Assembly: GCA_051532035.1 (NCBI GenBank)
Contig: JAOPTW010000013.1
Location: forward strand, 96,001 to 160,000
DNA length: 64,000 nucleotides
Source of the DNA: Fibrobacterales bacterium
GTDB lineage: Bacteria; Fibrobacterota; Fibrobacteria; Fibrobacterales; JAOPTW01
Direction: 5' to 3'
The translations under genes were made by a program, and so were the position numbers. Below, piece after piece: positions 1-10,225 of the stretch. Under the pieces are notes generated by a model, which saw only the letters and a program-made list of their open reading frames with translations, was not told where the DNA came from and made no database searches. Within the stretch, counting starts at the first letter, position 1. Every line of letters begins with the position of its first letter.

Positions 1-964
1 CAATGTGATCTTTGAGGGTCATAATGAGGTATTCACTCGCCGAGGCTGTGCGCCCACTGGTAATTACGATAACCTTTTTTGGGGCAAGTGTATTGTTGTG
101 GGGCTCGATACTATAGGTGGTATCGATATCCGAATTTTTATCATTAGCATAGAGTGAAAAGGAGGCGTCTTGATAATTGCTCGGGAGCAAATAGCTTGCA
201 ATATAACTCGCGACATCGAGTGAGCCTCCACCGTTATAACGTAAATCGATAACGAGCTCGGTGACCCCTTCAGTATGAAAGAATTCAAAAACCGTATCAA
301 GATGAGGGATTGAGAAATCCATAAAACTGTTATATAGCATATACCCAACAGTATGGTGCTCTTTCTCAATAACGGTAGCGAGGGGGATAACTGGAATTAA
401 TAAATTTTCTTTACTAAAAACCTTTTTTATAACCTTTCCAGAGCTTGTGTGTACTTCAAATTCGATGCTATAACCAACTTCATCAGGGCCATATTCATTA
501 CCAAATCCACCTTCGCGGATTAACTCCTTTACATCGTTGCCATTGAGAGACACAAGAGTGTCTCCCCTATGAATTCCTGCTTCAGCAATCTTTGACTCTT
601 CAAATACTTGTGAAAACACAAGATAATCAGACGACACCCGCATAAAATCAATACCAAGCCCAACTCCTTCTCCGTTAATATAGTGCTCAGTATAGGTGTC
701 GATATCAAGAATAAAGCTCCATTTGTCTGGACCTGGGTCATTGTAAGCAAGTGCATTGACATATTCTTGAGGGTCACTATCATAATAATCGGAACGGTCA
801 ACCCACTCTATTTTATCGTACCAAAGATAGTAGCGACTCATAACTTGCGAAATGTCACTTAACAGACGTGATTGAGCGGTATTGGTGTCATCATTATCGG
901 TGACTAAAGAACATTGTGTCAGTGCTAGAAGGACGATGCCTCCTACAAGGGATTTTAAAATCAT
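1..964 (-). CDS. S41-family (C-terminal processing) peptidase, PDZ-containing probable lipoprotein; 3' end runs off the window
   Basis: Not in the ORF track. Manual translation from ATG 964: MILKSLVGGIVLLALTQC (lipoprotein-like signal), a PDZ-like segment (GLGIDF...AEAGIHRGDTLVSLNG), LVIDLRYNGGG and ITSGRTASASEYLI (S41 catalytic Ser motif). Frame is open to position 1. Confidence 0.9.
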   Translation of the reverse strand, partial: MILKSLVGGIVLLALTQCSLVTDNDDTNTAQSRLLSDISQVMSRYYLWYDKIEWVDRSDYYDSDPQEYVNALAYNDPGPDKWSFILDIDTYTEHYINGEGVGLGIDFMRVSSDYLVFSQVFEESKIAEAGIHRGDTLVSLNGNDVKELIREGGFGNEYGPDEVGYSIEFEVHTSSGKVIKKVFSKENLLIPVIPLATVIEKEHHTVGYMLYNSFMDFSIPHLDTVFEFFHTEGVTELVIDLRYNGGGSLDVASYIASYLLPSNYQDASFSLYANDKNSDIDTTYSIEPHNNTLAPKKVIVITSGRTASASEYLIMTLKDHI

Positions 965-1063
965 AAATATATCCTAAATAAGCTCCTAGTAATTATATCT
1001 TTTTTTCGATGATTGAGTATCCCCTAATGTTTCTAGCTATATTTATAGTCAATAAATGATGAG

Positions 1064-1549
1064 ATGGCAGTAATGAAACCCGATAACCACCTGAGTAGAG
1101 CTGGATTTGAGACTCTTAAAGCTGAATGGCACGATTTAAAATTTGTACAACGCCCAGAAATGAAGCGTCAGGTGCAAGCGGCAGCAGCAGAAGGTGACCG
1201 ATCAGAGAATGCGGCGTATACCTATGGTAAAATGCGGCTTCGGGACATTGATCAACGCCTTAAAAAGCTCGATCGTATTTTGGATGGTTCTATAATTGTC
1301 GATACCGTTAAATCTGATGATGGCAAGGTCCGTTTTGGTGCTACAGCAACCCTCTTAAATGCAACGAACGGTAAGTCAGCCACTTACACCCTTGTGGGTT
1401 CAGCCGAAGTAGATGCGATTAATGGTCGGATTTCTATGGACTCACCGATGGGTAAAGAGCTAATGTTTAAAGTGGTGGGTGACTCAGTTACAGTTCAAAC
1501 ACCACGTGGCCCTGTAGAATACACTGTAACAGATGTGGCATTTCTCTAA
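1064..1549 (+). CDS. greB: Transcription elongation factor GreB (GreA/GreB family)
   Basis: AAAEGDRSENAAYTYGKMRLRDIDQRL matches the GreB coiled-coil tip; C-terminal ISMDSPMGKEL motif. Confidence 0.85.
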   Translation: MAVMKPDNHLSRAGFETLKAEWHDLKFVQRPEMKRQVQAAAAEGDRSENAAYTYGKMRLRDIDQRLKKLDRILDGSIIVDTVKSDDGKVRFGATATLLNATNGKSATYTLVGSAEVDAINGRISMDSPMGKELMFKVVGDSVTVQTPRGPVEYTVTDVAFL

Positions 1550-1628
1550 GGATCAGAGTGCCTGTTATTCACACCCCTTATGATAGTTATTACATTTGTC
1601 GTATTAAATCTTTTTTAAAAACTACCCC

Positions 1629-2450
1629 ATGTATATAGATACCCATTGCCATATAGACTCAATTATAGATAAAATGAATCTTGACAACGGTGAGCTAATC
1701 ACTGATATTTCACCCGAGACAGTCCTTAAGCACTATACCACGTTAAAAGAGCTTTTCCCTCCTGAGTATGAAGGCGCCATTAATGTATCCTGTGAAACGG
1801 CAACCCTCGATTTTGGACTGAGTATTATACAGTCGTGTCCTGAGGTATTTGGAGCTCTTGGGATTCATCCCCATGATGCAAAAGAGTACACGGATGCAAT
1901 TCATGAAAAACTCATTGCAGCTATGGCTCTACAAAAAGTGGTTGCATGGGGGGAAATGGGACTCGACTATCACTATGATTTTTCTCCTCGAGAGATACAG
2001 CAAGAGGTGTTTGTACGACAGCTTTCTGCCGCGGCATCTCTCAACAAGCCAATTTTAATTCACACGCGTGAGGCAGAAGAAGATACCCTTAGAATACTAA
2101 ATGAGCATCTGCCGGATATCATTCCTACCCATATACACTGCTATACTGGAGATATCTCATTTATGAAAAAGCTGGATGGTCTCAATAAAAAGCTCTTTTT
2201 TGGCTTTACCGGCGTGATTACTTTCAAAAATTCACAATCCATCCGTGAGGCATTAGAATGGCTACCTTTGGATCAAATACTCCTCGAGACCGATGGCCCT
2301 TATATGGCACCTATCCCTTTTAGAGGAAAAAAAGCACACCCTGGTATGATCCCTCATATTGCCTCAATGATTGCAGAAGTAAAAAATATCTCCCTTGAGT
2401 CTGTCTATACTGCCTGTCGTGAGAACACTCGAGTCATGTACGGAATTTAA
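1629..2450 (+). CDS. tatD: TatD-family deoxyribonuclease
   Basis: IDTHCH, GIHPH, WGEMGLDY, IHTREAE, HIHCYTG and LLETDGPY motifs. Confidence 0.95.
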   Translation: MYIDTHCHIDSIIDKMNLDNGELITDISPETVLKHYTTLKELFPPEYEGAINVSCETATLDFGLSIIQSCPEVFGALGIHPHDAKEYTDAIHEKLIAAMALQKVVAWGEMGLDYHYDFSPREIQQEVFVRQLSAAASLNKPILIHTREAEEDTLRILNEHLPDIIPTHIHCYTGDISFMKKLDGLNKKLFFGFTGVITFKNSQSIREALEWLPLDQILLETDGPYMAPIPFRGKKAHPGMIPHIASMIAEVKNISLESVYTACRENTRVMYGI

Positions 2451-2500
2451 TAGAGAACGATTTTACAGAATTAATTACATTTATTTTCGATCACCCCTTT

Positions 2501-3478
2501 ATGATTAGGTCTTTTATGAACTCTGTATTTTATAAGGTACTCTTGATGAGTACTCTCTCTTTAGTGATGCTGAATTGTAGCGAAAATAGCCCAACGCCCC
2601 TAGCTCAGATTACTCCAACAGTATCTTCGAGCTCGGAACCGCTTGTGCAATCATCAAGTTCAATGATGGAACCACTCTCATCAGCTATTGTGGCCGACCC
2701 TAATTGGAATGGTCCTGCTAAAAGATTCCCCACTGTAGCACATACTACGGATACGCTCACCATTCTCACTGTTCGTATTACTCATACGGATTATAAAGGA
2801 AGTACTGTAGTATCTATTATTGATTCTATCTATAACAGTGCCCAACAATTGGTAACGGTTGTTGAATGGAGTGTTCCAAAGGATTCTTTAAACTCAGGGG
2901 TACCCATGATTAAAGCGCGCAGTCGAAATCATTATACCGATGCCGGACATGTCGTTGCCATAGAACGGAGCTCACTCAACTTAGGTATGGATAGCATCTA
3001 TTCAGCAAACACCTACACCTACTCTGAGACAAATGAACTTACTGAGTACAGCACCTATTATTTTGGTGACCTCTATGAATGGGACCAGTATACCTATACC
3101 GCAGACTCAATTAATAAGGAAACCTTTAAACCTACTGCACCCGATACCCCTCAATTTTGTTCACGTAATGGACTTGATGCCGCAGGTCACATTTTAAATC
3201 TCTATTCGGGAGGCTGTGACAGTTTAGCACTCATTTATAAAAACCTCTATGATGACGTTACGGGTACTCTTTCATCGGTACAACGCTATGGAGGTCAAGA
3301 AATGGTCAATACCACTGAAGTGTATAGCTATAATGCCACCACACTATCTGATATATTAATTTCAAATGGAAATGAGTACGTCTATCAGTATGATACCAGT
3401 GATCGTATTTCCAGCATTGTATGGTATAATACTGCTGGAGATACGAATGAAGTTTGGGCTTATCAGTATAATCCTTAG
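2501..3478 (+). CDS. Hypothetical lipoprotein with Ser-rich linker and YD-like beta-hairpin repeats
   Basis: Hydrophobic leader ending VMLNC, SSSS linker, then Tyr-rich YTY/YSY/YQYD strands. Confidence 0.7.
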   Translation: MIRSFMNSVFYKVLLMSTLSLVMLNCSENSPTPLAQITPTVSSSSEPLVQSSSSMMEPLSSAIVADPNWNGPAKRFPTVAHTTDTLTILTVRITHTDYKGSTVVSIIDSIYNSAQQLVTVVEWSVPKDSLNSGVPMIKARSRNHYTDAGHVVAIERSSLNLGMDSIYSANTYTYSETNELTEYSTYYFGDLYEWDQYTYTADSINKETFKPTAPDTPQFCSRNGLDAAGHILNLYSGGCDSLALIYKNLYDDVTGTLSSVQRYGGQEMVNTTEVYSYNATTLSDILISNGNEYVYQYDTSDRISSIVWYNTAGDTNEVWAYQYNP

Positions 3479-3580
3479 AAATCGTTCTTGTACATTACTA
3501 TCTGGAGAACTTTTTGCTATTTGAGGATACGCCTCGGGTAACTGAGAGCCCTCCCCTATAAATACTCAACATTTGTGGAC

Positions 3581-3666
3581 GTAACGGTTACTCACTGTAA
3601 CCACTTAAAATGGCTAATACATCAAATTTAGGCTAAAAATACCTATTCCGGTTACACCTGTAACCG
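3581..3666. promoter_or_regulatory. Cluster of GGTTAC/GTAACC palindromes, candidate operator sites
   Basis: GTAACGGTTAC (3581-3591), GGTTAC-N5-GTAACC (3586-3602) and CGGTTACA-CC-TGTAACCG (3649-3666) in an intergenic region. Confidence 0.4.
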
Positions 3667-3806
3667 CATTCTAATCGGTTTTGTGTTCAAGAATGACTCT
3701 CCTCTCATTTTGACTATATATTATACCTATGACACAGACGCATACATACAACCACAAACAAACTATTGCAGAAGACACCCAGTCGCTGTGCATAGAGGAG
3801 AGTTCA

Positions 3807-3908
3807 ATGAATAAAACAGAAGAAATAGTAATCGATCTTATCCAATACTCTTTTATTGGGTTAATTACACTCGTCGTATCTTATGCGAGTATCACTACAC
3901 TTATTTAA
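3807..3908 (+). CDS. Putative 33-aa single-TM small protein
   Basis: GAGGAG RBS at 3795-3800; translation MNKTEEIVIDLIQYSFIGLITLVVSYASITTLI; followed by a long hairpin at ~3922-3974. Confidence 0.5.
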   Translation: MNKTEEIVIDLIQYSFIGLITLVVSYASITTLI

Positions 3909-4149
3909 ATAATTACCACTGACAAATAGATCCGAATTACCCTTTATGTTATAAGAGTAAATTGGATCTATTGTTTTTTAATTTCTTGTATATAAAAGTA
4001 GAATTTAGGTATAATGAAAATGTTACTAGAGCAGGCAGAGTTACCCAATGAGACATATGGATCTTATACAACCCTTAGAGAAACTAAAAAGGATCAGTTC
4101 TTCTTTCAGTTACGTTCACGTATACTAAATTGAGGAATGAGAGGCACTT

Positions 4150-4980
4150 ATGATTTCGGTATATGATTATTCTGATTATCGACTTTTTTTGAGAGACCAT
4201 CAAGCGATGAAGTCTACTCAAAACCGATCCTTCTCATGGCGCTATTATGCGCAAAAAGCTGGCATTAACTCAACATCATTTTATACACAAGTCGTTAAGG
4301 GAAACAGAAACCTTACGAAAGAGACTATTTTAAAAACCTGTATTGCTTTTGCCCTCGGTGATGAAGAAGCTGAGTATTTTGAAAACCTAGTATCATTTAA
4401 TCAAGCAAAATCTATCAAAGCACAACAGATCTTTTTTGAAAAAATAATCGAACAACAAAAAATAAGAAATATTAAACACCTGAAAGAAGAGCAGTTTGAA
4501 TATCTCTCTGCATGGTATCACAGTGCAATCCGTGAAGCGGTGCTTATATTTGATTTTAAAGGGAACTACGCTGCCCTTGGGCAATTTTTAAAGCCTTCAA
4601 TCCCTGCAAAAGCAGCTCAAGATTCCGTTGAGCTCCTCCTACAACTTGGATTTTTAAAACAAGATAATGGCACGTTTATGCAAACGGAACCAGCTCTGAG
4701 TAGTAGTCACCAAAACAATTTTAGCTCTCATCAAGTGGTGAACTATCAAATAGAGATGCTTCAAATGGCCATTGCCTCATTTGACCGATGGAAACCCAGA
4801 AAACGTCTTTCTTCAGCAACCACCTTAGGTTGTACAAAAGAGAGTTACTCTCAAGCGGTTGATATAATACGAGACTGTCGTTCGAAACTCACGAAACTCG
4901 CCTTAAATACCACAGTAGCAGAACAGGTTTATATGCTGAATATTAACTTTTTTCCATTGAGTGATCATCACGAAGAATAG
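4150..4980 (+). CDS. TIGR02147-family protein (Fibrobacter paralogous family; HTH-like N-terminus, DUF4423-like C-terminus)
   Basis: YDYSDYRLFLRD, FSWRYYAQKAGINS, KGNRNLT, EYFENLVSFNQAK, AWYHSAIRE and VYMLNINFFPLS are typical of this family. Confidence 0.88.
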   Translation: MISVYDYSDYRLFLRDHQAMKSTQNRSFSWRYYAQKAGINSTSFYTQVVKGNRNLTKETILKTCIAFALGDEEAEYFENLVSFNQAKSIKAQQIFFEKIIEQQKIRNIKHLKEEQFEYLSAWYHSAIREAVLIFDFKGNYAALGQFLKPSIPAKAAQDSVELLLQLGFLKQDNGTFMQTEPALSSSHQNNFSSHQVVNYQIEMLQMAIASFDRWKPRKRLSSATTLGCTKESYSQAVDIIRDCRSKLTKLALNTTVAEQVYMLNINFFPLSDHHEE

Positions 4981-5017
4981 AGAATACATAGAATAATAGT
5001 TGAGACCAAAAACAAAA

Positions 5018-5061
5018 AAGCTCACTATGACTTTTCCCCAATGGATTGTCATAGTGAGCTT
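5018..5061. terminator. Bidirectional terminator-like hairpin between convergent genes
   Basis: 14-bp stem AAGCTCACTATGAC / GTCATAGTGAGCTT with A/T-rich flanks. Confidence 0.7.
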
Positions 5062-5095
5062 ATTTACTCTATGGTTTTATTCTTTTGTATTAGTT

Positions 5096-7846
5096 CTATT
5101 TAATATAAAAGATTTGTTTAAATGGTGCAGATGCGCCATTAGATATTTTCAAGAAGTAAATGCCATTATCGAGTGAACGACCAAATGATAACTCATTGTA
5201 CCCCTCATTTTGAGAGTGGTTCAAGTCGAGTACTTTAGTACCGTTAATAGTAAATACTTGTACATTACTTGCAGACGCTTGTGACGCACTATACGTGAGG
5301 CCTGATTGTGTAACGTTGTGTACTGCCGCAATTGATGATTGATCAATCATTGGTGCAATAATACCTTGTTTATGTAAAATCGATCCATTGAAACTATTGA
5401 TACATTGTCCAAGGGTTGCGTATTCAACGTAGACCATCTCATCACCACTAGCACCTGGGAACCACATGCCGTCAGCAAAAACATTGAAATGGACATATTT
5501 ACCTGTGTAGTCGTGTACCGCATCGTCAAAAGAGTATACTGTACCATTCTGAGCTGTTGCTGGTGCATTTGCAAAATAGAGACCTGTTGAACCTACATTA
5601 CCCTCGCCAATAAAGAAGCGCGGATCAGTATATTCAATTTCGGTATCTATAAGCAGACGAACACCACCATTATCAAGTGTACATGCACAGATGCTCTCAT
5701 CACCACAAGCTGTTTGTGGAATTGAGCTTGAGCTCGACATAACTGATGATGAGGACACTACAGATGAAGAAGATACCACAGAGCTACTACTAACCACAGA
5801 AGATGAACTTACTTCTGATGATGATGGTGCTTCTGAACTACTGCTCATCTCTGATGAAGAACTCACCGGACCAGAACAAAGGTTCATGTCTGATTCATTT
5901 ACGTAGAGCATTTGAGCGCCGCCAGTACCAGGATACCAGTTGCCTTCAGCATACATATTGAAGTGAATTGTTTTACCAGCATAGTCATGTTCGGTTTCGT
6001 CAAAGTAGAATGCAGTTCCTTCAGTAGAAGTTGCATTTACGTTTGCATGATACAGACCATTAGAGCCAATGCCACCTTCACCAATAAAGAATCTAGGATC
6101 AGCAGATGCAGAATTATTATCAAACACTACACGTACAGTACCGTTATCAAGTTTACATGCGCAGATTTCATCTTCGCCACATACAGAACCAGGAATGGTA
6201 CTTGAACTTGATACAATCACAGAACTACTGCTTTCGATCGATGAAGAAGATACCACCGAAGAAGAGGACACTACAGATGAAGAAGATACCACAGAGCTAC
6301 TACTCACTACAGAAGAAGAACTTACTTCTGATGATGATGATGGAGCTTCTGAACTACTGCTCATCTCTGATGACGAACTGACCGGCCCTGAACAAAGGTT
6401 CATGTCTGATTCATTTACGTAAAGCATTTCAGCACCACCGGTACCAGGATACCAATTGCCTTCAGCATACATATTGAAGTGAATTGTTTTACCAGTATAG
6501 TCATGTTCAGTTTCATCAAAGTAGAATGCGGTTCCTTCAGTAGAAGTTGCATTTACATTTGCATGGTACAGACCATTGGAACCAATGCCACCTTCACCGA
6601 TAAAGAATCTAGGATTAGCAAATGTAGAATTATTATCAAACACTACACGTACGGTACCGTTATCGAGTTTACATGCGCAGATTTCATCTTCGCCACATAC
6701 AGAACTAGGGATGGTACTTGAACTTGATACAATCACAGAACTACTGCTTTCGATCGATGAAGACGATACCACAGAAGAAGAGGACACTTCAGATGAAGAA
6801 GATACCACAGAACTACTACTCACTACAGAAGAAGAACTTACTTCTGATGATGATGGAGCTTCTGAACTACTGCTCATCTCCGATGACGAACTGACCGGAC
6901 CTGAACAAAGGTTCATGTCTGATTCATTTACGTAGAGCATTTCTGCACCACCGGCACCAGGATACCAATTGCCTTCAGCATACATATTAAAATGTATTGT
7001 TTTACCAGCATAGTCATGTTCGGTTTCGTCAAAGTAGAATGCGGTTCCTTCAGTAGAAGTTGCATTTACGTTTGCATGGTACAGACCATTAGAACCAATG
7101 CCACCTTCACCAATAAAGAATCTAGGATTAGCAAATGTAGAATTATTATCAAACACTACACGTACGGTACCGTTATCAAGTTTACATGCGCAGATTTCAT
7201 CTTCGCCACATACAGAACTAGGAATGGTACTTGAACTTGATACAATCACAGAACTACTGCTTTCGATCGATGAAGACGATACCACAGAAGAAGAGGACAC
7301 TTCAGATGAAGAAGATACCACAGAACTACTACTCACTACAGAAGAAGAACTTACTTCTGATGATGATGGCGCTTCTGAACTACTACTCATCTCTGATGAC
7401 GAACTGACCGGCCCTGAACAAAGTTCTAAGCTTGTCTGGTCGAAATAGCCAAAGTCGTTGCCTCCTGTGCCCGGTGTCCACATATTGTCTGCGAACACAT
7501 TGAAATGGATCGTCCCACCAATGTAATCGTGAGCCAAGTCATCAAAGTAACTTGCTGTGCCATGCACAGAAGTAGGAAGTTCATTAGCGTAGTAGAGTGC
7601 TACTGAGCCAATGCCGCCTTCACCAATGAAAAAACGTGGTTGTGCGTGCGCTGAAGCATCGTCAAAAATGACACGAACTCCGCCATCGTCGAGTTTACAG
7701 GCGCAGAGGGCGTCTGACCCACATTCAGTTTGTATTATATCATCTTTTGGAGTGTTGCTTATAGTTTCGGCAAATAGAACCATTTGCGAAATCATAATCA
7801 AAAACACTATTTTTTTGAGTTGTGATAACTCATATATGCTTTTCAT
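5096..7846 (-). CDS. Secreted protein with five ~105-aa Cys-containing repeat domains, poly-Ser linkers and a T9SS-type C-terminal sorting domain
   Basis: Signal peptide; 5x CGxxx[IL]CACxLDxGxVR...PRFFIGEG...HDYxG...HFN...W; SSSS linkers; C-terminal VFTINGTKV...LDNGIYFLKI. Confidence 0.85.
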   Translation of the reverse strand: MKSIYELSQLKKIVFLIMISQMVLFAETISNTPKDDIIQTECGSDALCACKLDDGGVRVIFDDASAHAQPRFFIGEGGIGSVALYYANELPTSVHGTASYFDDLAHDYIGGTIHFNVFADNMWTPGTGGNDFGYFDQTSLELCSGPVSSSSEMSSSSEAPSSSEVSSSSVVSSSSVVSSSSEVSSSSVVSSSSIESSSSVIVSSSSTIPSSVCGEDEICACKLDNGTVRVVFDNNSTFANPRFFIGEGGIGSNGLYHANVNATSTEGTAFYFDETEHDYAGKTIHFNMYAEGNWYPGAGGAEMLYVNESDMNLCSGPVSSSSEMSSSSEAPSSSEVSSSSVVSSSSVVSSSSEVSSSSVVSSSSIESSSSVIVSSSSTIPSSVCGEDEICACKLDNGTVRVVFDNNSTFANPRFFIGEGGIGSNGLYHANVNATSTEGTAFYFDETEHDYTGKTIHFNMYAEGNWYPGTGGAEMLYVNESDMNLCSGPVSSSSEMSSSSEAPSSSSEVSSSSVVSSSSVVSSSSVVSSSSVVSSSSIESSSSVIVSSSSTIPGSVCGEDEICACKLDNGTVRVVFDNNSASADPRFFIGEGGIGSNGLYHANVNATSTEGTAFYFDETEHDYAGKTIHFNMYAEGNWYPGTGGAQMLYVNESDMNLCSGPVSSSSEMSSSSEAPSSSEVSSSSVVSSSSVVSSSSVVSSSSVMSSSSSIPQTACGDESICACTLDNGGVRLLIDTEIEYTDPRFFIGEGNVGSTGLYFANAPATAQNGTVYSFDDAVHDYTGKYVHFNVFADGMWFPGASGDEMVYVEYATLGQCINSFNGSILHKQGIIAPMIDQSSIAAVHNVTQSGLTYSASQASASNVQVFTINGTKVLDLNHSQNEGYNELSFGRSLDNGIYFLKISNGASAPFKQIFYIK
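5750..7420. repeat. Intragenic near-identical tandem repeat of ~513-516 bp (about 3 units plus linker)
   Basis: GGTTCATGTCTGATTCATTTACGTA recurs at ~5881, ~6397 and ~6910; the Ser-linker DNA recurs four times. Boundaries approximate. Confidence 0.9.
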
Positions 7847-8115
7847 ATGTGTCTGTTTCCTTTTTGTGTGTTGTGTTGTGTTGTGTTATAACTATAGAGG
7901 AGAATTTTTCAACAACATTTTAAATAGACAATGACAGAAAAGCCCAAAGTCTTAATTTTAGGCAGAAAACTAGATATCTGAGAGATTTAGTTTAGATGGT
8001 GGGGGGGGTGAAAATGTCTGCATGAGGAGTTACTGTTCACAATTTGTTGTAGTGACAGATACAAAATACATAGAGGAAGCATGTATTGAGATGCTCCTCA
8101 CTTATGTAGGAGGTA

Positions 8116-9954
8116 CTACCGAAGCACTCCTACCCTCTCAAGAAATGAATAGTCGACATTGGTACCGCTCAAATGTCCTTTTACAATATAGACGCCAGAC
8201 CCGACCATTCTGTTGTGAAAGTCCTTGCCGTTCCACTGTATAAACACACTCTGGTTATACTGCCTACAGGTATTTTGGGTCGTTGATTGATCAACGGTAA
8301 AGGGTACGGGACTTTCAAACGTATGGACAAGAGTACCAAGGTTTGAGTACACCTGGAGAGTTACCCAATAATCATTTGGTGTGTCTGGCAATTCAGAAAT
8401 ATCTGATGAACAGAGGTCAAGGGTAAACGCGACTCCAAGAGGTTCAGCTCCATAGGTTACTAGGATGTCATCATGTGCGGTAACCCTTGGGTGTAACGAG
8501 ACAATAAAGTCATCGTTAAGATAATACTCGCCATTGAGGTGCGCATAGTCATAGGTTCTTAATCCCACTATTCCTAGGGTTTTTACAGCAGGCTTCTTTG
8601 TCTCAGTGGAGGATTCATTGAATTCACTTGATGAAGATAGGAAAGGATCACTACCATCAGAATAGGGTTCGTCACTATCGTAAAAAGAGGATTCATTGCT
8701 GTAAGGATCAGGGCTAATCACCGAAGGCAGATTCTCATAACTACTAGGCATACCAAGTACTTGTAAAGAAGAACTCAAGACTCCAGAGCTGTTGTTACTA
8801 CTATTGCCACTGCTACTAACACTTAGCCCATCACTACTGCTCACGAATGAATCGGAGCTGGATTGTAGCGCACTTGATGAGAGTATTGCGTCACTTGAAG
8901 AAAGAGCAGGCTGAGTAACCGTGATTACAACGGGGATAGTATCTATAAAATGATCGTAGGTTAGATAGACGTCATAGCTATATGAATCCTGAGATTTGTA
9001 CTCAACAATATGACCGGGACTAATGGTGAGTGAAGAACCCGTTAGTGTAAAGGCCGAATCGATACCGGAGTTATCAAGACTGGTTGATTGTACTACTGGA
9101 TCAATATTTTTTAATAAGCCAACGGAGGTGCCCCCTACTTCCCCATTATCAAGAGTAAATTCTTGTTGTGGAAGCCTTTGCCCTTCATAACTTGGATCAC
9201 CAAAATGGAGATTACTGATAAATGCAAATGAACCATCTATGTAATTTCCAATATCAGATATAATTAATTCGAGAGTGTGATTGCCTTGTGTGATAGGTTG
9301 ACTAATACGTATGACCGAAGTCACACCCGGAAAAAATGGAAAGTAGTGTTCATAACTCCTATTAAATATATCATTATGAACAGCGATAACATTACCATTG
9401 GGGTGATACGCGATATTATTATTGTCTAATAATGCAATAAAAACGTCATTAATACCCTCATCTGGGCCTAACGTCCAATGTGGGCTGTGTGTGGTAAATA
9501 CAAAATCAAAGGATACGTATTGAGAATCGCTCGGTATATTAAATTCCAAGGATAACTGGCTTACATCATGGGATGATTGTTTTCGAATATAGCCATGTGA
9601 TGCCGTGTCATACAGCGGTATATAATCAAATACTCTGAGATCTTCACCGTGATTAAACCAAAGATCGTTATACGTTAGACGGTCATCATGGTTTTCTAGC
9701 CAATCATTAGCTATTACCACACCATCTTTGAGCTGTGCACTTGCAAGTTGTGGAAACCCTGAAAATAAACCAATACCAGAATCATGGGCATTCACAGTAA
9801 CATTTATCATCTGTACGCTCGAATCAGCGCCAGTGTGTAATTGATCCCAGAGCTCTTGCTCGGTTGCCCCACCGGTAATATCAAGAGCACATAAATTAGA
9901 GACTGCTAAAGTAATAGCAATTAAAAGTGTCTCAACTAAGGTTTTAAGTTTCAT
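8116..9954 (-). CDS. Secreted protein with choice-of-anchor-L-like N-terminal domain, Ser-rich linker and Fibrobacter-type C-terminal domain
   Basis: Signal peptide; LSLEFNIP..VSFDFVF..NDVF..NNIA..HTLELIISDIG..DGSFAFI; C-terminal IQWNGKDFHNRMVGSGVYI. Confidence 0.65.
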   Translation of the reverse strand: MKLKTLVETLLIAITLAVSNLCALDITGGATEQELWDQLHTGADSSVQMINVTVNAHDSGIGLFSGFPQLASAQLKDGVVIANDWLENHDDRLTYNDLWFNHGEDLRVFDYIPLYDTASHGYIRKQSSHDVSQLSLEFNIPSDSQYVSFDFVFTTHSPHWTLGPDEGINDVFIALLDNNNIAYHPNGNVIAVHNDIFNRSYEHYFPFFPGVTSVIRISQPITQGNHTLELIISDIGNYIDGSFAFISNLHFGDPSYEGQRLPQQEFTLDNGEVGGTSVGLLKNIDPVVQSTSLDNSGIDSAFTLTGSSLTISPGHIVEYKSQDSYSYDVYLTYDHFIDTIPVVITVTQPALSSSDAILSSSALQSSSDSFVSSSDGLSVSSSGNSSNNSSGVLSSSLQVLGMPSSYENLPSVISPDPYSNESSFYDSDEPYSDGSDPFLSSSSEFNESSTETKKPAVKTLGIVGLRTYDYAHLNGEYYLNDDFIVSLHPRVTAHDDILVTYGAEPLGVAFTLDLCSSDISELPDTPNDYWVTLQVYSNLGTLVHTFESPVPFTVDQSTTQNTCRQYNQSVFIQWNGKDFHNRMVGSGVYIVKGHLSGTNVDYSFLERVGVLR

Positions 9955-10171
9955 AAAAAGTCCGTATAAAGTAATAGTGTTATGTAGGTATAACTCTATG
10001 TTCCAACCTAACGTTAGGAACTTTCCCTCAAATGAAAACCTTCTTGAATTATTCAGCTAAACAAACGTTCACTATCGGTGAACACAGTGTAGGATTCATT
10101 AGATTGGATGGAGGTAAGGTACTCTATTTTTTGATTGTTGTCTGTGACGGTGATCACGTATTTCTGGGTAC

Positions 10172-10206
10172 AAAAAAAGGCTGTCTCAATAAATGAGGCA
10201 GCCTTT
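10172..10206 (-). terminator. Rho-independent terminator of the SWIB gene
   Basis: AAAGGCTGTCTCA / TGAGGCAGCCTTT stem with an A7 run (U-tract on the minus strand). Confidence 0.75.
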
Positions 10207-10225
10207 AGACATTCGTAATCAAAAA

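Noticed and set aside
64..801. Track ORFs 64..369 and 529..801
   Set aside because: They are alternative frames inside the real S41 peptidase gene (1..964, minus strand).
5028..5050. IS3-like terminal sequence TGACTTTTCCCC in the hairpin loop
   Set aside because: It is too short, has no transposase nearby, and is adequately explained as a terminator between convergent genes.
5347..7934. Multiple acidic (DEEDTT) plus-strand ORFs and other short overlapping ORFs
   Set aside because: They are antisense or alternative-frame shadows of the poly-Ser repeat gene.
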